From the NCBI GenBank assembly GCA_000708835.1, contig DF237637.1, forward strand, positions 1 through 43,804: DNA of 43,804 nt. The letters run 5' to 3'. The notes under the pieces were generated by a model. The model was not told the origin of the DNA, searched no databases, and saw only the letters and a program-made list of their open reading frames with translations. How positions within the stretch are numbered: the first letter of the stretch is position 1; each line of letters starts with the position of its first letter. The translations under genes were made by a program, and so were the position numbers. Positions 1 to 11,848 of the stretch are shown here, piece by piece. Source of the DNA: Klebsormidium nitens. Taxonomy: Eukaryota; Plantae; Klebsormidiophyceae.

Positions 1-139
1 TGAATTGAAAAGACGTATTTACCTATTTTATCAGTCAACTTGATCCATCCAAAAATCTGACGACTTTTATGCCTGAACCGTCCGTTTCGACCCCCCAGCT
101 GGCTGAACCCTATTTTCCGACAGCTGCATGAAAGCTCCG

Positions 140-355
140 ACGTCTGAGTCAGGCCTCCTCTGTGGCCCTGGGGAGACTAGGAGTCGGACTCCTATCTGGC
201 CATCCGCTTGCCAACCGTCTGAGTCAGGCCCCTCTCGAAAGAGTACCCTGATAGTATCTGCTAAGCTCAAAGCTAAACCGTCCGAGTCAGGCGCCTCTTG
301 GAAGAGCATTGCTGATATCAATAGTAGCTGCTAAACAGTCTGAGTCAGGCCTCTC
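140..355 (+). repeat. Array of four TC(T/C)GAGTCAGGC units (~60-75 bp spacing) upstream of a TATA promoter
   Basis: tctgagtcaggcc near 143, 218 and 339, and tccgagtcaggcg near 281. The same TGAGTCAG core recurs at 11896, 12381, 12490 and 12562. Confidence 0.85.
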
Positions 356-404
356 ATTGCAGGCTTTTGTTGATGTCCAGGCCAGATGGTCGGAAACTGT
401 ATAG

Positions 405-437
405 TATAAAAGAAGGTCCTGCCGCCTCATTTGATCA
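405..437 (+). promoter_or_regulatory. TATA-box core promoter, copy 1 of a 33-bp conserved motif
   Basis: TATAAAAGAAGGTCCTGCCGCCTCATTTGATCA aligns without gaps to 12685-12717 (+) and 11816-11848 (-). Confidence 0.75.
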
Positions 438-1692
438 GTCCCCAAGTTCTTCTTACCCAAGTTCTTCTTACCATCTTTTTAGCATTCTCAAGTAGCTTCC
501 AGCTCACTGAGGCGTTCTAGCGTAGCCAGGACTCTCTGAGTAAGTTAGACCTGCAAATGGTTGCCAGCAGAGGACAGACGTACATCTCTCCAGCTGCGCA
601 CCCTGTTGGCAGGAGATGCTTTAGCCAGCTCGCTCCCTGTCAAGGATTTTGGAAGCCACGTGTCTTGCTCTAGGGACTTAATTGCTCCACAGACTTAAGA
701 AGCGCAGCCAGAAGGAGGTATGCAGATTCGGATCAGCTGGTGAATTGCGGGTCCTGCACTGCTAAGCTGAGCTGCCAGTTTGACTTCACTGCCGAGCTGA
801 GCTGCCAGTTCCATTTTGCATTTGCACTGGCAGTGAAAGCTTCTATCCAGCTCAGCTGAGCAGCCATTTCCTTTTGCAAATGTCATTCGGGAGCCAGTAC
901 GTCTGTCCAGCTGTGCAGCCTACAGTCAGCCGCTAGTGATCGAGCTCCAGCACTAGTTTGCCAGTGACAAGCGCCAGAAGCGCGCGCCAGACAAGGCAGA
1001 GCTCCCGGAAGGTCTTTCGAGGTGAGTGTGATTAGTTCCTGATGAATCAAGTGGTCTAGAGTAAACATACCATAAGTCCTCAATCTCTTCAAGCTACCGA
1101 GTAGCTCAAAGGAGTACATTTGCATGTTGCAACAGGCTGCCAACATCTTTGCACTCAAGATTCGAAACAAAATCAGTAGGAATTGAGTACAACTTGGCTC
1201 GTCCATGTTCTGTCAGTTCCGAGAGCACATGCCCAACTCAAGAACAAGAGTACTAGCAAGTCGCCATGTTTTCCGTCCATGTTTTGTCGTTCCTTTATAT
1301 GCATCTCAAATGCAGAACCTGGACAGCCTTGATCTCAAGGCCCTGCTCGAAATATTGGGGGCCTCATTAGATCAGGCTTCTCTTCGACTCAGCATCCACG
1401 TGCGCACCTGCCAAACACAAAGAGTTGCCGGAAGTGTGCTTTGAGCTGTCAGCTTCTGAATGTGAACTCTCGTACAGGTCGAATTAAGCTTTCATCAGCG
1501 TGGGGGCAGCTTCGTCAAACAACTTGCAGAAGAGCACCATTAAGCTTGCAACTGGGGGCTGTTGGGCATGGCTTCCGACCTGCGATTCCACTGGGAAAGG
1601 TAAGCCTGTTTAGCCAGGGCTTCTTTGATGAGTAAGCAGGTACCTGGACTGTCATGGGAATTGGGCCTCCAGTGCATTGAGAATCACACAGC

Positions 1693-2928
1693 CCTGCTAT
1701 ATGTCACGAGGAGCACCGGCACTCTGGTCGCATTCGTGAGATCTGGTCTATATTTCGTCGCTTCTGTACGAAAGTCGATCTTGCAAATCTAGACAAGGCT
1801 GTGGCGGAGGTTCGAGGCAAGAAGCTTAAACGGTGCGCTGTGATCACTAGCTGATTTCGAGCCCTCAGTATTCGCACCCGAAGGCTGACCTGCACCCTTT
1901 GTTTGTTCCTCCTCAGTGATCCTTCATCCTCTGAAGAATCGGAAGGAGAGGACATCGAAGGTGTCGAGTATGCGCCCCGCTCTGTTGACGGCTCCAACTC
2001 TGGACGCTCACTGGAGCAGTTCCTTCGAGACGAAGACTCTGCCAGCATCCAAGGCCCGTCCTTCTATAGGGCGTTGGACAACGAGAAAAGCTTCAGCCCA
2101 GCTCAGCTGCCACGCGGTCTCTCAAGTTTGTTCGGCAAGAAGAGACCTGCTGCGGTGAGCTTGCTTCGTGTATCTGCTTCTGACGGCAGCATAATTCGCC
2201 CTTGTTTGACATTGCTTATCGATATAGGTTGACTAAGATAAATCCTCTAGATTGTTTGCAACGTTCTTCTTGACGCGAAATAGGCCCACATATTGCGCAA
2301 CTTGTCAGATTTCAACAAAAGGACAGCCAATGATTGCTTCGGACAGATCCAAGTGTTCTTGTCAGATTCATCAACCCCATCCAGCCCACTGCCAGTCGAC
2401 GTTTGGTTATTGAACTGCCGTTGAAAATGGGCTTTGGGCTGCTCTTTAAGAACCATGAGTCGCTCACCGTCACGTATGCCGTGCAGGGGTATCAGCCTAC
2501 GTCTCCGTTTGCCTGGTCCTACGGCAGTGCCTTCGGAAAGCAGACCTGCGTAACACGAGTGCCAAGGAACCCCAAGGTAGGTAACATGCCGGCTGGTACA
2601 AATCTTGGGTGCTCAACTTGTCTTCAAGCTTCAAAGCTGCTACACATGATCATTGATTTCCAACCGTGATTGCATCTTAGACTGTCCAGTAATTGTCAAC
2701 CGCGCAGAGCAGGGAGTTTCCTTTGGATGCTGACAATTGCCTCCAGTGACGAGAAAAGTCTATTGCACACCAGGTCGGACGAATCTTCCTTTTGCACTTC
2801 AAGGGAAGTTGTCTAACTCACCAATCTGTCTCGAAACTTCTTGTCCCCCTTCGACTCACTGCCTTTCCGTTTCAGGTGCCTTTCGGTAGAAGCTGTGTGT
2901 CCAACCGGTCTTTAGTGTAAGCTCGTGG
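1693..2928 (+). CDS. Multi-exon hypothetical protein (5' end not resolved)
   Basis: Phase-compatible exons ~1693-1831 (..VDLANLDKAVAEVRGKKLKR, donor gtgcgc) and 1917-~2154 (acidic DPSSSEESEGED.., donor gtgagc). Probable further exons at ~2330-2577 (donor gtaggt) and ~2876-2928. No family recognised. Confidence 0.4.
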
Positions 2929-5147
2929 GTGGTGCAATTGAGTTGTCCTCTTTCTGACAACCACTCTTTACTGCGGAAAGCATTCTGAGCTTTCTTAAAC
3001 CCAGTCAAGCTCCAGCAAAATGCGGCTTTGAGTCAAACAGAGTAACGAGCGAATGTTCCAGGGCTCGAGAAGCCCATCAGCTGCTGGATCAGCTGGACAG
3101 GCTCACTTTACCTAGACGGTTGAATGCGCGAGAGGCTCTTTATGCAGAAACCTGTTAGAAAAATAGCTTCTTGAGGACTATGATCGACCCGTCAAAAATT
3201 ATAAGAGCAAACATTCACTGCCGATCAGAATTTTCATAATCTGCAGCACTCACTGCATACTTGTCTAGATCAGAGACCCCCAAAACCCTGTTTGCAAGAT
3301 TTGCTTCTTCTTTTTCATGCACGACTCCCCTTGCCGTGATACTAATTTTCTCTTACCACTTGGCAGATCCTGACTCTCCTCTCCTTCGGCGCCGGATGCG
3401 CTGCTCTTGGGGTCACTTCAATCAAAGGCCTGGTCTGCGACACTCAATACAGCGCTACTCAAAGTTTCTGTTTTTCATGCTAAGGTCGCGGGCTCTCTAG
3501 CATTCATAGAGTGGGCTGCCATGCTGCCGTCCGTGACAGGTTCACTCATGACCGTCTTGCGAGAAAGCTTCTGAAAAACGGTTCTCCAGGTTCGACACTT
3601 TGAATGATGTCAAGAATCCAAAATGGAGCACGGCTTGAGAGCTGTGCATCTCTCGAAGTGAGCTTGCCGAACCAGAATACACTGCTCCCGAGAAGATAGT
3701 ACTAGTACGGCCAGAGGATCCGTTTGCAGGGGAACTGGTATGTGTGCAAAAGGGAGTAACTCGTATTCACAAGTCTTTGGATGTCTCTTCCCATAGGCGT
3801 CACTCTCAAATCTCGTGGCTGCACGTGCCTGCCCAGCACACACACTGAAGGTCGATGGAGTCATTTCTGAAGGTCATTCATATTGCACAAGGTTTTGAGC
3901 AATTGCTCAAATGCATCATTGCTTTCTACAGAAAGAAGTGTTGGCACCCTGCCATTAAGCAAACTCATGACGCCATGCAAGAACTTAGATACATCCCATA
4001 CTCCGATGCACAGATAACCGTGTTTCAGCGTTTTATTTAACATTGACCGTTCTTACTTTTCTAGCTGACTTTTTGGATAAATAGTGCAGGCGCACATTCA
4101 AACTAGGTAGGAATTCCTGACTAAACAAGCATTTGCAACGAATCGCACATATACGGAAAGGCAATAAGTTGGTTTCGAAGTTGAAGTCGCGTAGCTACTA
4201 ATTTACATCATGCACTGCCCTTGTATACATCATGTCGTACTGCTTTGATAGCTGCTGCTTCACTCAAGTAATACCTTTTCAAATGACGTCCTCGTCGTAC
4301 CCAGAAGTGTCATGTTGCAATACTACGTACGATGATCAACTTCCAGCATGGATTGAGGGTGGCCGACGGACAGCTGCTTTTGTCGGGCCCGCCCCTTTTA
4401 AGTCATATGGCCAGTTGAATCGTGCAAGTACATGGTTGCGGCTATGCTGATAGGCCCGCGCCATGGCATGCCAGCTGATGCAGGCCTATCTAAGCAAAAG
4501 TTTCAACTGCATGCAGATTTCATCGATTAACAGTACGAATAAGATTGAGAAGCGGCATCTTTGGAAAACCGTGTTGACGGCAACATCATTGCGAAGCGCA
4601 GTGATGTACATGAGCTTAGCTGAAAAGACCCAATGACCTCAGAATAAAAGCAAGCTATATATCTTCCAATAGTCGCATGATTCGAAAAACGACCATTCTC
4701 ATACGTGTTATAATTAAGCGGTATTCAGGTTGCAATAAGTTGATTGGAAAAGTATGCTTGGCATGGACCAGCTTGCATAGAGTGCACCACAAGGATGTAT
4801 ACCCTGTCCAGTAGCTGCCGCGACACTGGCGGTTCTAAGGCCCTGGCTGGACTGGCTGACGCACAATCCCAGTTGAAGCGAAGATCAGACTGCCATGCTC
4901 AATCAAAGTTCATTCAAACTTCCAACAGATTGGCCCTCTACCGGGTAATTCTAGATAATTGGACAATAGCCGGAGGCAACCATTGTGAAACGCCCAAAGA
5001 ACGGATCATTGTTTCCTCGAGGCTTCCCAATCGCATAATTTCTGATCAAGATACAACAGTGCTCGGTCTGAATTTATGGTAAGCGGTCCAAGGACAACTC
5101 TCTCAACCCGCTTAACTCATTCAACCCGTGCAACTGAATCAAACTTC

Positions 5148-8100
5148 TCATTCGTCAACATCAACCAGGTGGGTTTCCAGCAACCTATAGCATGCGTCCC
5201 ACAGCCCGTGCGCTTCAATGAGCGGTTGGTGCTTCACCAGGTACCGCACCAGAGCCTGCTTCATGTACTCCTCGTGATCCTTCGGCCAAGACGACGTTTC
5301 AAGCTGCTTGTTCAGCCTGGGCACGACGTGCTTGGCATACCCCAGCACGATCCAGGGCGCGCTCATCTTCAAGGCAACATTAGATGGGCAGATCAGCTGC
5401 CCCCTCCCCGTCAGCTTCTGGCGAACATGCATAGCTACCACCGCGAGGGGGGTCTCCACCCGACTGAGCACGCTTCCGCTGCCGCCCCGCACAAAACTAC
5501 AGGTCACCATCATAGTCGTCGCGTTCTGCGCGATGACCTTCCCAGGAGAAAGGCCCTTGACATGCGGCCGGTACACCTTCTTGGCGGCGTGCGCATAACC
5601 CCTGGCCGCTTCGAAGGGCAGCCCATAGACATCCCGAAAATAACCTTCATCCGTTGTCTGGCCTGCAGAGACAAGCACCAAACTTTATTTCTTTGCCATT
5701 GCCCCGGAAGCGACCAGCAACCGCACACCTATTGGATTGGTAAGGAATACAATACCGTAATCACTTGACAGCGACTTCTCAGACATATATCTCAAGCCTG
5801 AGGATGACAATGTGTGTCCTGATCAGAGCGACTCCGATTCCCTTCCCTAAATATCGCCGGTCTTACTGGACCAACATCCCTCAGGAACAAGGATGCCACA
5901 CACGCGTTGACAAAGCATCGAGGCTGTGACCTGACGTTTGGCAACCAGGTCGTATCCACATTCTCACAAACTTCAGACTATCTCCCAACTGTTCGTGTCC
6001 ACCAAGATTAGAAGCAATCAGAGATGTAATGCAGAAAGGTGAACAGCCGGCTCAGAACCTGCAAACAGCCTACACTCACCGGGGTTCCCGTGGCCGGCGA
6101 TGTTGTCACCTCCTACCCACCCCTGCTCCTCATCCCATTGGGCGCAGGTCGGGTCTTCGGGGTCAGGGACGAACCATGCAGGGCCCTTTTGGAGGAGCTC
6201 CTGCGTCCATGTATGCTCAACGAATGCGGCGTCGGGGTGGTTCCGAATGCGGACGACGCCGGCACCTGCCAAAGAGTAACAGAGTGGTTCACTTATTGAT
6301 CGATGGGCCACAGCAGAATCTGGGGCGGCTGATGGAACCAGGAACTTGAAGCAGTCAAGTGAAGCAGGACTTCAGTGTTCGTAGAGGTCTTTGCAAGTGG
6401 CCTATGGAAGAGCGGCACTGCGAGAGAGACTATGTCAAACCTGAACCAGATGAACTTGGGGTGGTGCTGAAATCTGCTATCAGGATAGACGCACAATTAC
6501 AAAGGGAGAAGTGCGGGAAGCTTGAAAACTAAACCAGCTGATGATGCCCCAATCCAGATCTACGCACAGTGAAGGCACTGCCGTTCTGCCCACCTGGCAG
6601 CCGCTTCGATCCCCCAGAGTCAGCAAGCTGTGAGTAGACCGCTGCCTCACGTGCTGCCCTACCATCTCATTTGCACCAGGGAACAACTAGAAGGGTACGC
6701 AATTGGAACGCGACAGTAGCGCAAAGACGAGAGTGCCTTTGGGCAGTCCAACAGGTATCAGTACTTACCGGACGGTTTTGCAGTCAAAACCACGCATTTC
6801 TCCGCCACTTCCTTCTCCTCTTGACGCGCCTTCTGGGCCGCCTCTCTCTCCTCCCTCCACAGCTGGCGGGCTGCCGCCTGCGCCAAGTCCTCCGCCTCCG
6901 CCTCCGCCTTTGCCTCCGCTGCCTGATGTCCCGATCCGGCGTTATCCTCCTCCTTCCCTTTAACTGCCTGAGGCCGCGCCTTCCTGCGCCGCTCTCTCGG
7001 CCGCGCACCTCTTCCAACTGGTGTCTGGAAGCCAGCAGAGAAGATGCAGATTACGAACAAGCCAATACTTAGCATGAAAAATCTTCATCCCCTCACAGCT
7101 GGGCCTAGGGTTGCTGTATCCTCTGCGTACGGATGGCAGATCAGGGAACCCCATGCGCAGCAGCTCTCCAACATTGCACTAAAGCAACCCAGGTTCTTCC
7201 AAAGTAAACAATCGTCCAAAGATTGGAGTGTGGTTGAGGAGGTTTGTGACCATCGCAACCAAGCTGTCAACTATTAAAGCGGATGGTGATCACATAAAGA
7301 GCACACCTACTTTCCATACCTTTCAGGCAGCCAACGGCATGAAATGCAACAACTGCCAATTCCAACAGCTTTCCCAAGAAGCGGGAGGCAGCCATCACCA
7401 GGGCTTGCACAACTCTGGAGGCAAAAAACATTCATGAGGGATCAGGGATCCAGAATGAAAAACAGCCAACACCATGACTTGGAATTTTACTGAGTCAGGA
7501 AGACTCCCTTAAGAAATCCAGAAGCAGATGACAGCTGACGCCATGACCTGCATTAAGCATTGATTGTTCCACTGGGCTACTTAAGTACCAAGCTCTGGGA
7601 CCCCGACATTCTAACATTTAGCAGCAGCAATCAACGCACCCTGAAGGATTCCTCCTCGTCAGCGTCTTCGTCCGCCCCCTCTCCTTCAGTCTCCGACCCC
7701 TCTTCGCCATCTGACGTGGAGCCTGTGCCCTTGGCCAGCTTCATGACCAATTGTTCACCTTTTCCCGGGGAAGGCCTTGGTGTGGCATAGTTGCTTTCAA
7801 TCCCCATGAACTCCTCATCAGTGCCCTGTAAGAGTACTCTCACTGGCACCCACTCGTCCTGCTCGATCAGATCTGGATCTGCATTGGACTTCGTGATGGT
7901 CATCTGGTGCTGTCTGCCGAGATTAATGTTATGTTCCGTACTGAGAGAGAGCCCCTTCCGGCCCACAGCGGGGGGGGTCAGAGAGAAAGTCGTTCCTGTA
8001 CCATTACCGTAGTCTGTTTCGAACAAAATCAGGCCCATCCCCAGCCCGTTGTACAGGCCAGTCTTGGCCACCTCGGAAAGGACCTGTTCTTCTGAAGGCC

Positions 8101-8245
8101 TTGAGCTCATGTCCAGGTGGAGTGTACTGCAAGAAAAAGTCCCCCCTTCCTTGTACGGGTAGATGGCCTTGAGCTTGTACCTCGGATCAGCTATCTTCCC
8201 GTCAATAATCAACATTTCACAGTCGCTCTCGTATCCTCCCGCCAT
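5148..8245 (-). CDS. Large multi-exon hypothetical protein
   Basis: ATG at 8245 opens a ~200-aa exon ending in an acidic tract. Further exon-like ORFs have canonical splice sites: ~7414-7323, ~7030-6770 (coiled-coil-like, donor gtaagt), ~6222-6073 (donor gtgagt) and a last exon ~5667-5148. Middle exon phases are uncertain; no family recognised. Confidence 0.5.
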
Positions 8246-8413
8246 CTTGGGGCGCCAGCTTCGAGGGAAGGACAAGCTTTGAAATTGAGATCCCCGGGGC
8301 CGTGGCGCAAAACTATCAAAGCGTTCTCCTTTGTTTGTGTCTCCGGCACTTTCATTAGTGTAAATTACCCTCGAATACCTGGAAGCACCTGATTGTGAAA
8401 ATTATTGCAATTC

Positions 8414-8610
8414 TGACAACGGTTATGGGAGTGGTTACACCGCTGACAATGACGCTGACAGTGACACCGACACTGGCCGGGGCCCTCACTGTGACATTAA
8501 GGTTATGTTGCGAACCTGTGACGGTTCGTGGCAATCGACTAGCGGCTTGTTAGGGTTTAATACGCCACTTCCCAGTGACATTAGGGTTACTCACAGTGAC
8601 AGTGACAACC
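8414..8610. repeat. Cluster of about ten (C/G)TGAC(A) motifs with TTAGGGTT-like segments
   Basis: ctgacaa, ctgacag, gtgacac, gtgacat, gtgacgg, gtgacag and gtgacaa are seen directly; ttagggtt occurs at ~8550 and ~8581. The cluster lies between the divergent 8245(-) and 9234(+) genes. Confidence 0.55.
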
Positions 8611-9233
8611 GCTCACAAGATTCCCAACTAACCAACTGATTGTTCCAATCTCCGCGCGCCACGTGTCCCCCCTCCCGCACGGCTCGCGATCGGGCCGGAA
8701 TGACCAGCGGGGCGGTGGAACCATTTTACTTGGTAATCAGTTTCCCCAGCAAGTGGGGTTTAGGAGAATTTCTAGGTTTTTGTGACGCGTTTTGACCTCA
8801 ATCGACAAATGACGCCAACTTATCTGAAATATTTTGAACGTCCATGCCAAAGAGATGCAGTAACCAGCGCAGTAACTAGGGTGGGTCGAACTTGTCAAGC
8901 TCCCGCTGCCGTCGCGACTGCTTTTGGGGGCAAATGAATGCCGTTGATTATTGTTGAGATGGTCGGTTCTGGCTGATTGGCAGATCGGGCTAGAAACCCT
9001 AATAAGTATATAAAAAAGGGGGGCGTTGTTCCTGAGAACTAGCGCAATGGCGGCCATTCAAGGGGTGGGCAGTTTGTACGTTCTATTGGACACAAAGCGA
9101 ACGGCATTTTGCGAAGGTGAATGCATCACAGGCTAGTAAAAAGAACGTAGGAGTGTGTAAAATACCTTTGGCAACCTCCCTCAAGCTTCCTGCAAGGCGC
9201 TACAGCATTGCTGCTCTCATTTTGGATGCGCCA

Positions 9234-10358
9234 ATGGCGGCGGCCGCGGGCACTTCAAATGTGGTAGGGCCGCTTTTCTGGCCGACGAAGGTTGAGGGGA
9301 GGGGCGCCACACTTTGGGCCCGCAGCTCAGCCCAGAAGCTGGAAGCAGAAATAAAAAGTAGCTTCGGAGAGGAGGTAGTACAGATAGGGTATCAGCTGGA
9401 TTGCAAGACGGGCATCTCCTCATCTGTTGGGGGTAGGTACCCATTAAGAATGTACATGGAGCCTTCAAGCCAGGAGAGCACGGCATTATGTGTATTGGAC
9501 CATGCGGTGGACATGTCGTTGCCCGCCATGGCCCAGCGTATCCAAAGTTTAGAGCTGCCCCTATCGTCTGCTTGCTTTCACTCAGTGACAGTGGTTGCTT
9601 CACACAAGCACTTCTACACGCCCCTCCATGTCGACCCGCTTGGGATGGCGACTTGGATGGTTTTGACAAGGGGTAGAAAGCTTTGGCACTTTTGGAGTCC
9701 GCACAAGGGTTCAACAAGAGACATGGTACAAAGCAAAGAGGAGTCTTGCCCGCCCCCTGATATTGCAATTGATGCTGGAGTTGGCGATCTGATCCTGGTG
9801 CCGTCAGGTTGGGCTCACTCTGTAGTTACGAAGGAAGATGCGGTCGGATTGGCCGGCAACTTTTTGACCCGGGACAATGTTGCGGGGATAGACCTGGCAT
9901 TGTCCGAAGAGGGAAGGTCAGGTGGGCTCGAGGGAAACGAGCTTCGGGAGTTCGTTGCCAACCAGAAGAAGCAGCTTGCAAAAGACATGCGCGTTTCAGT
10001 GCGGGCGCTTGAGAATTTGCAGCAAAAGGCTGAAGCCTCTGCGGCGGCGGTGGTTGAAGCAGAGGGAGAGTCGCTTTCAAAAGCGTTCCAAGCAAAACAT
10101 GCAAAGCGGAGTGGGCGGGGCAAACATAAAATGGGGACAGGGAAAAGGAAAAGTTGTTGGCGCAAAGTTGGGCGTAATCGATATTGCAACCATCCGGAGC
10201 ACGAGCCAGGCTGTGCAAGGATGCTGAAACAGCGTGGTATTCCGGGTACTTGGTATGGCAAGCCAGTTGAAATGTGTAGGGCGTGCGAGCTGAGGTTTCG
10301 GGCCTCTCAAAAGCTGCACGAAGGGGACTTGGCTACACACTTAGGACTTGGGACATAA
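9234..10358 (+). CDS. JmjC-domain 2-oxoglutarate/Fe(II) dioxygenase with C-terminal basic and Cys/His-rich region
   Basis: Intronless ORF, first plausible ATG at 9234. JmjC/cupin motifs TPLHVD (HxD), GRKLWHF and GDLILVPSGWAHSV (distal His). The C-terminus has KRSGRGKHK and C..C.HPEH..C....CRAC. TATA-like tatataaaaaa at ~9007. Confidence 0.85.
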   Translation: MAAAAGTSNVVGPLFWPTKVEGRGATLWARSSAQKLEAEIKSSFGEEVVQIGYQLDCKTGISSSVGGRYPLRMYMEPSSQESTALCVLDHAVDMSLPAMAQRIQSLELPLSSACFHSVTVVASHKHFYTPLHVDPLGMATWMVLTRGRKLWHFWSPHKGSTRDMVQSKEESCPPPDIAIDAGVGDLILVPSGWAHSVVTKEDAVGLAGNFLTRDNVAGIDLALSEEGRSGGLEGNELREFVANQKKQLAKDMRVSVRALENLQQKAEASAAAVVEAEGESLSKAFQAKHAKRSGRGKHKMGTGKRKSCWRKVGRNRYCNHPEHEPGCARMLKQRGIPGTWYGKPVEMCRACELRFRASQKLHEGDLATHLGLGT

Positions 10359-10366
10359 GATTACGA

Positions 10367-10408
10367 AGTTTGAAAGCCGTAGTTTGAAAGCCGTAGTTTG
10401 AAAGTCGT
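10367..10408 (+). repeat. 3 x 14-bp tandem repeat AGTTTGAAAG(C/T)CGT
   Basis: Directly visible just after the JmjC stop codon. Confidence 0.9.
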
Positions 10409-11274
10409 GCTCAAATTCTATGTCTTTACATACAAGAAGCGTTGATGTCGCTGTAGTTATCGACTGTTAGACTCCGACGTAGCTATCAGCTGCTCGAGAA
10501 CCCTTTTGGGATTCTTTTGTAACCGTGTCATACAGCACCCCCTTAAAAACCGTTTGCAGTGACAAGCTCAACGCAAGCGATCCCTGTCTTATCATATCCA
10601 ACTCGCGGTTGCATGATGACACTTCGGACGAGAGGTTTTCAATTCGAAAGAGTAAAGCAGATTTCGCCTTGTCAACATCTTGCAGTCTTGAGCGCGCGAT
10701 CTAGGCCCTCGAAGATGGTGCGCACAAGATCGTACACATTTTTGCACAGGATGATTCTACCTATTAATGTCACAACCTGGACATGCGCCCCAAGGTACGC
10801 GCATGATACATTAGTCGAGATCTTGGTCCAGTCCGTGCTATTTTCCTGTAAATCTGCCTCTCCTGAAAAGCTTGTACTATACACCACACACACACTATGA
10901 TTATTGGTGTGACATGATGCGTCGCGAGGCCATGCCGTGTCGCGTGCGCGGCGCTTACCATGTATGCGATAATAACGGAAAAGATGAATGCCTACCCCAT
11001 GCATGAGCTATGTGCAAACATGAGGTGATGGCCATTCAAAGGCTCACATTGCGGGTAAGCTCGATGATCATACTCGACAATTCAAGCCCTCAAGTAGTGT
11101 CTACCGTTGCACAGTATTGCATGCCCATGTTGCACGTACTTGTTTTTTGACGCATTTCGCTTTACATCCACCAAGAAGTGATATTGAAAGGTGCGCATGC
11201 TGCACATGCTGAGATGCATGTTGAGATGCATATAAACAGTGCTCTAAGCAGAAGATCACAGCCCACTCGCCCAA

Positions 11275-11724
11275 TCATGGGTGGGTCATCTTGACGATAA
11301 TCCTGTTGCCCTCGACTGTGATTGAACCCCTGTCTCCTCGATTAGCCCCCTTCCACTTCACGGTGCCGCTCAGCTGTACGCCGCGCACGGCGAAGAAGTT
11401 GGAGAGGAGGTACTCCAACCAGCCCACGTAGTTGTAGAACTTCTCCCCCTTGTCCCAGACAAGAGAGCGCTTGTTGCCTGAGAGCGTCCACTGGCAGTAG
11501 AAGGAGGGAAACTTCTCTGTAAGGTAGTGTAAGCTCTCGCCCACGTACAAGGGCCCGATCACCTCTCGCTCAATTGTGACTGTGCGCTTCTGTAAAAAAG
11601 CATAAGGTAGCTCCAAGTCGTCCTCGTGGCAGTGGTCGTGCACGGCTGCCAAGATTGCGCTCTCTTCGGCCGTCAGGGGACGGGAGAGAGCAAAGCGGCC
11701 GGTGAATCTGGTGTCGTACCCCAT
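11275..11724 (-). CDS. Small intronless protein of an uncharacterised phage/giant-virus-type family
   Basis: MGYDTRFTG...FYCQW..WDKGEKFYNYVGWLEYLL..F...G..LSG.V.W.G...DRG.I.V.GN matches, from memory, a recurring hypothetical family of phages and large DNA viruses. It is preceded by the conserved TATA core at 11848. Confidence 0.75.
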   Translation of the reverse strand: MGYDTRFTGRFALSRPLTAEESAILAAVHDHCHEDDLELPYAFLQKRTVTIEREVIGPLYVGESLHYLTEKFPSFYCQWTLSGNKRSLVWDKGEKFYNYVGWLEYLLSNFFAVRGVQLSGTVKWKGANRGDRGSITVEGNRIIVKMTHP

Positions 11725-11815
11725 CACGCTGCCTTGATCCTGTTTGAGAAGTGAGGAGGGGGTTTGAGCTAGTGAGTGGCTTTTTGAGGGGCTAAAATTG
11801 ATTGTGCTAGAGGAA

Positions 11816-11848
11816 TGATCGAATGAGGGGGCAGGAGCAGCTTTTATA
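11816..11848 (-). promoter_or_regulatory. TATA-box core promoter, copy 2
   Basis: The minus strand reads TATAAAAGCTGCTCCTGCCCCCTCATTCGATCA, about 120 bp upstream of the ATG at 11724. Confidence 0.8.

Noticed and set aside
3261-4043. Short ORFs on both strands that might be a decayed gene
   Set aside because: There are multiple stops, no recognisable family, and the coding strand could not be determined.
5076-5768. 230-aa ORF on the plus strand
   Set aside because: It is the antisense shadow of the more protein-like minus-strand exon 5148-5667.
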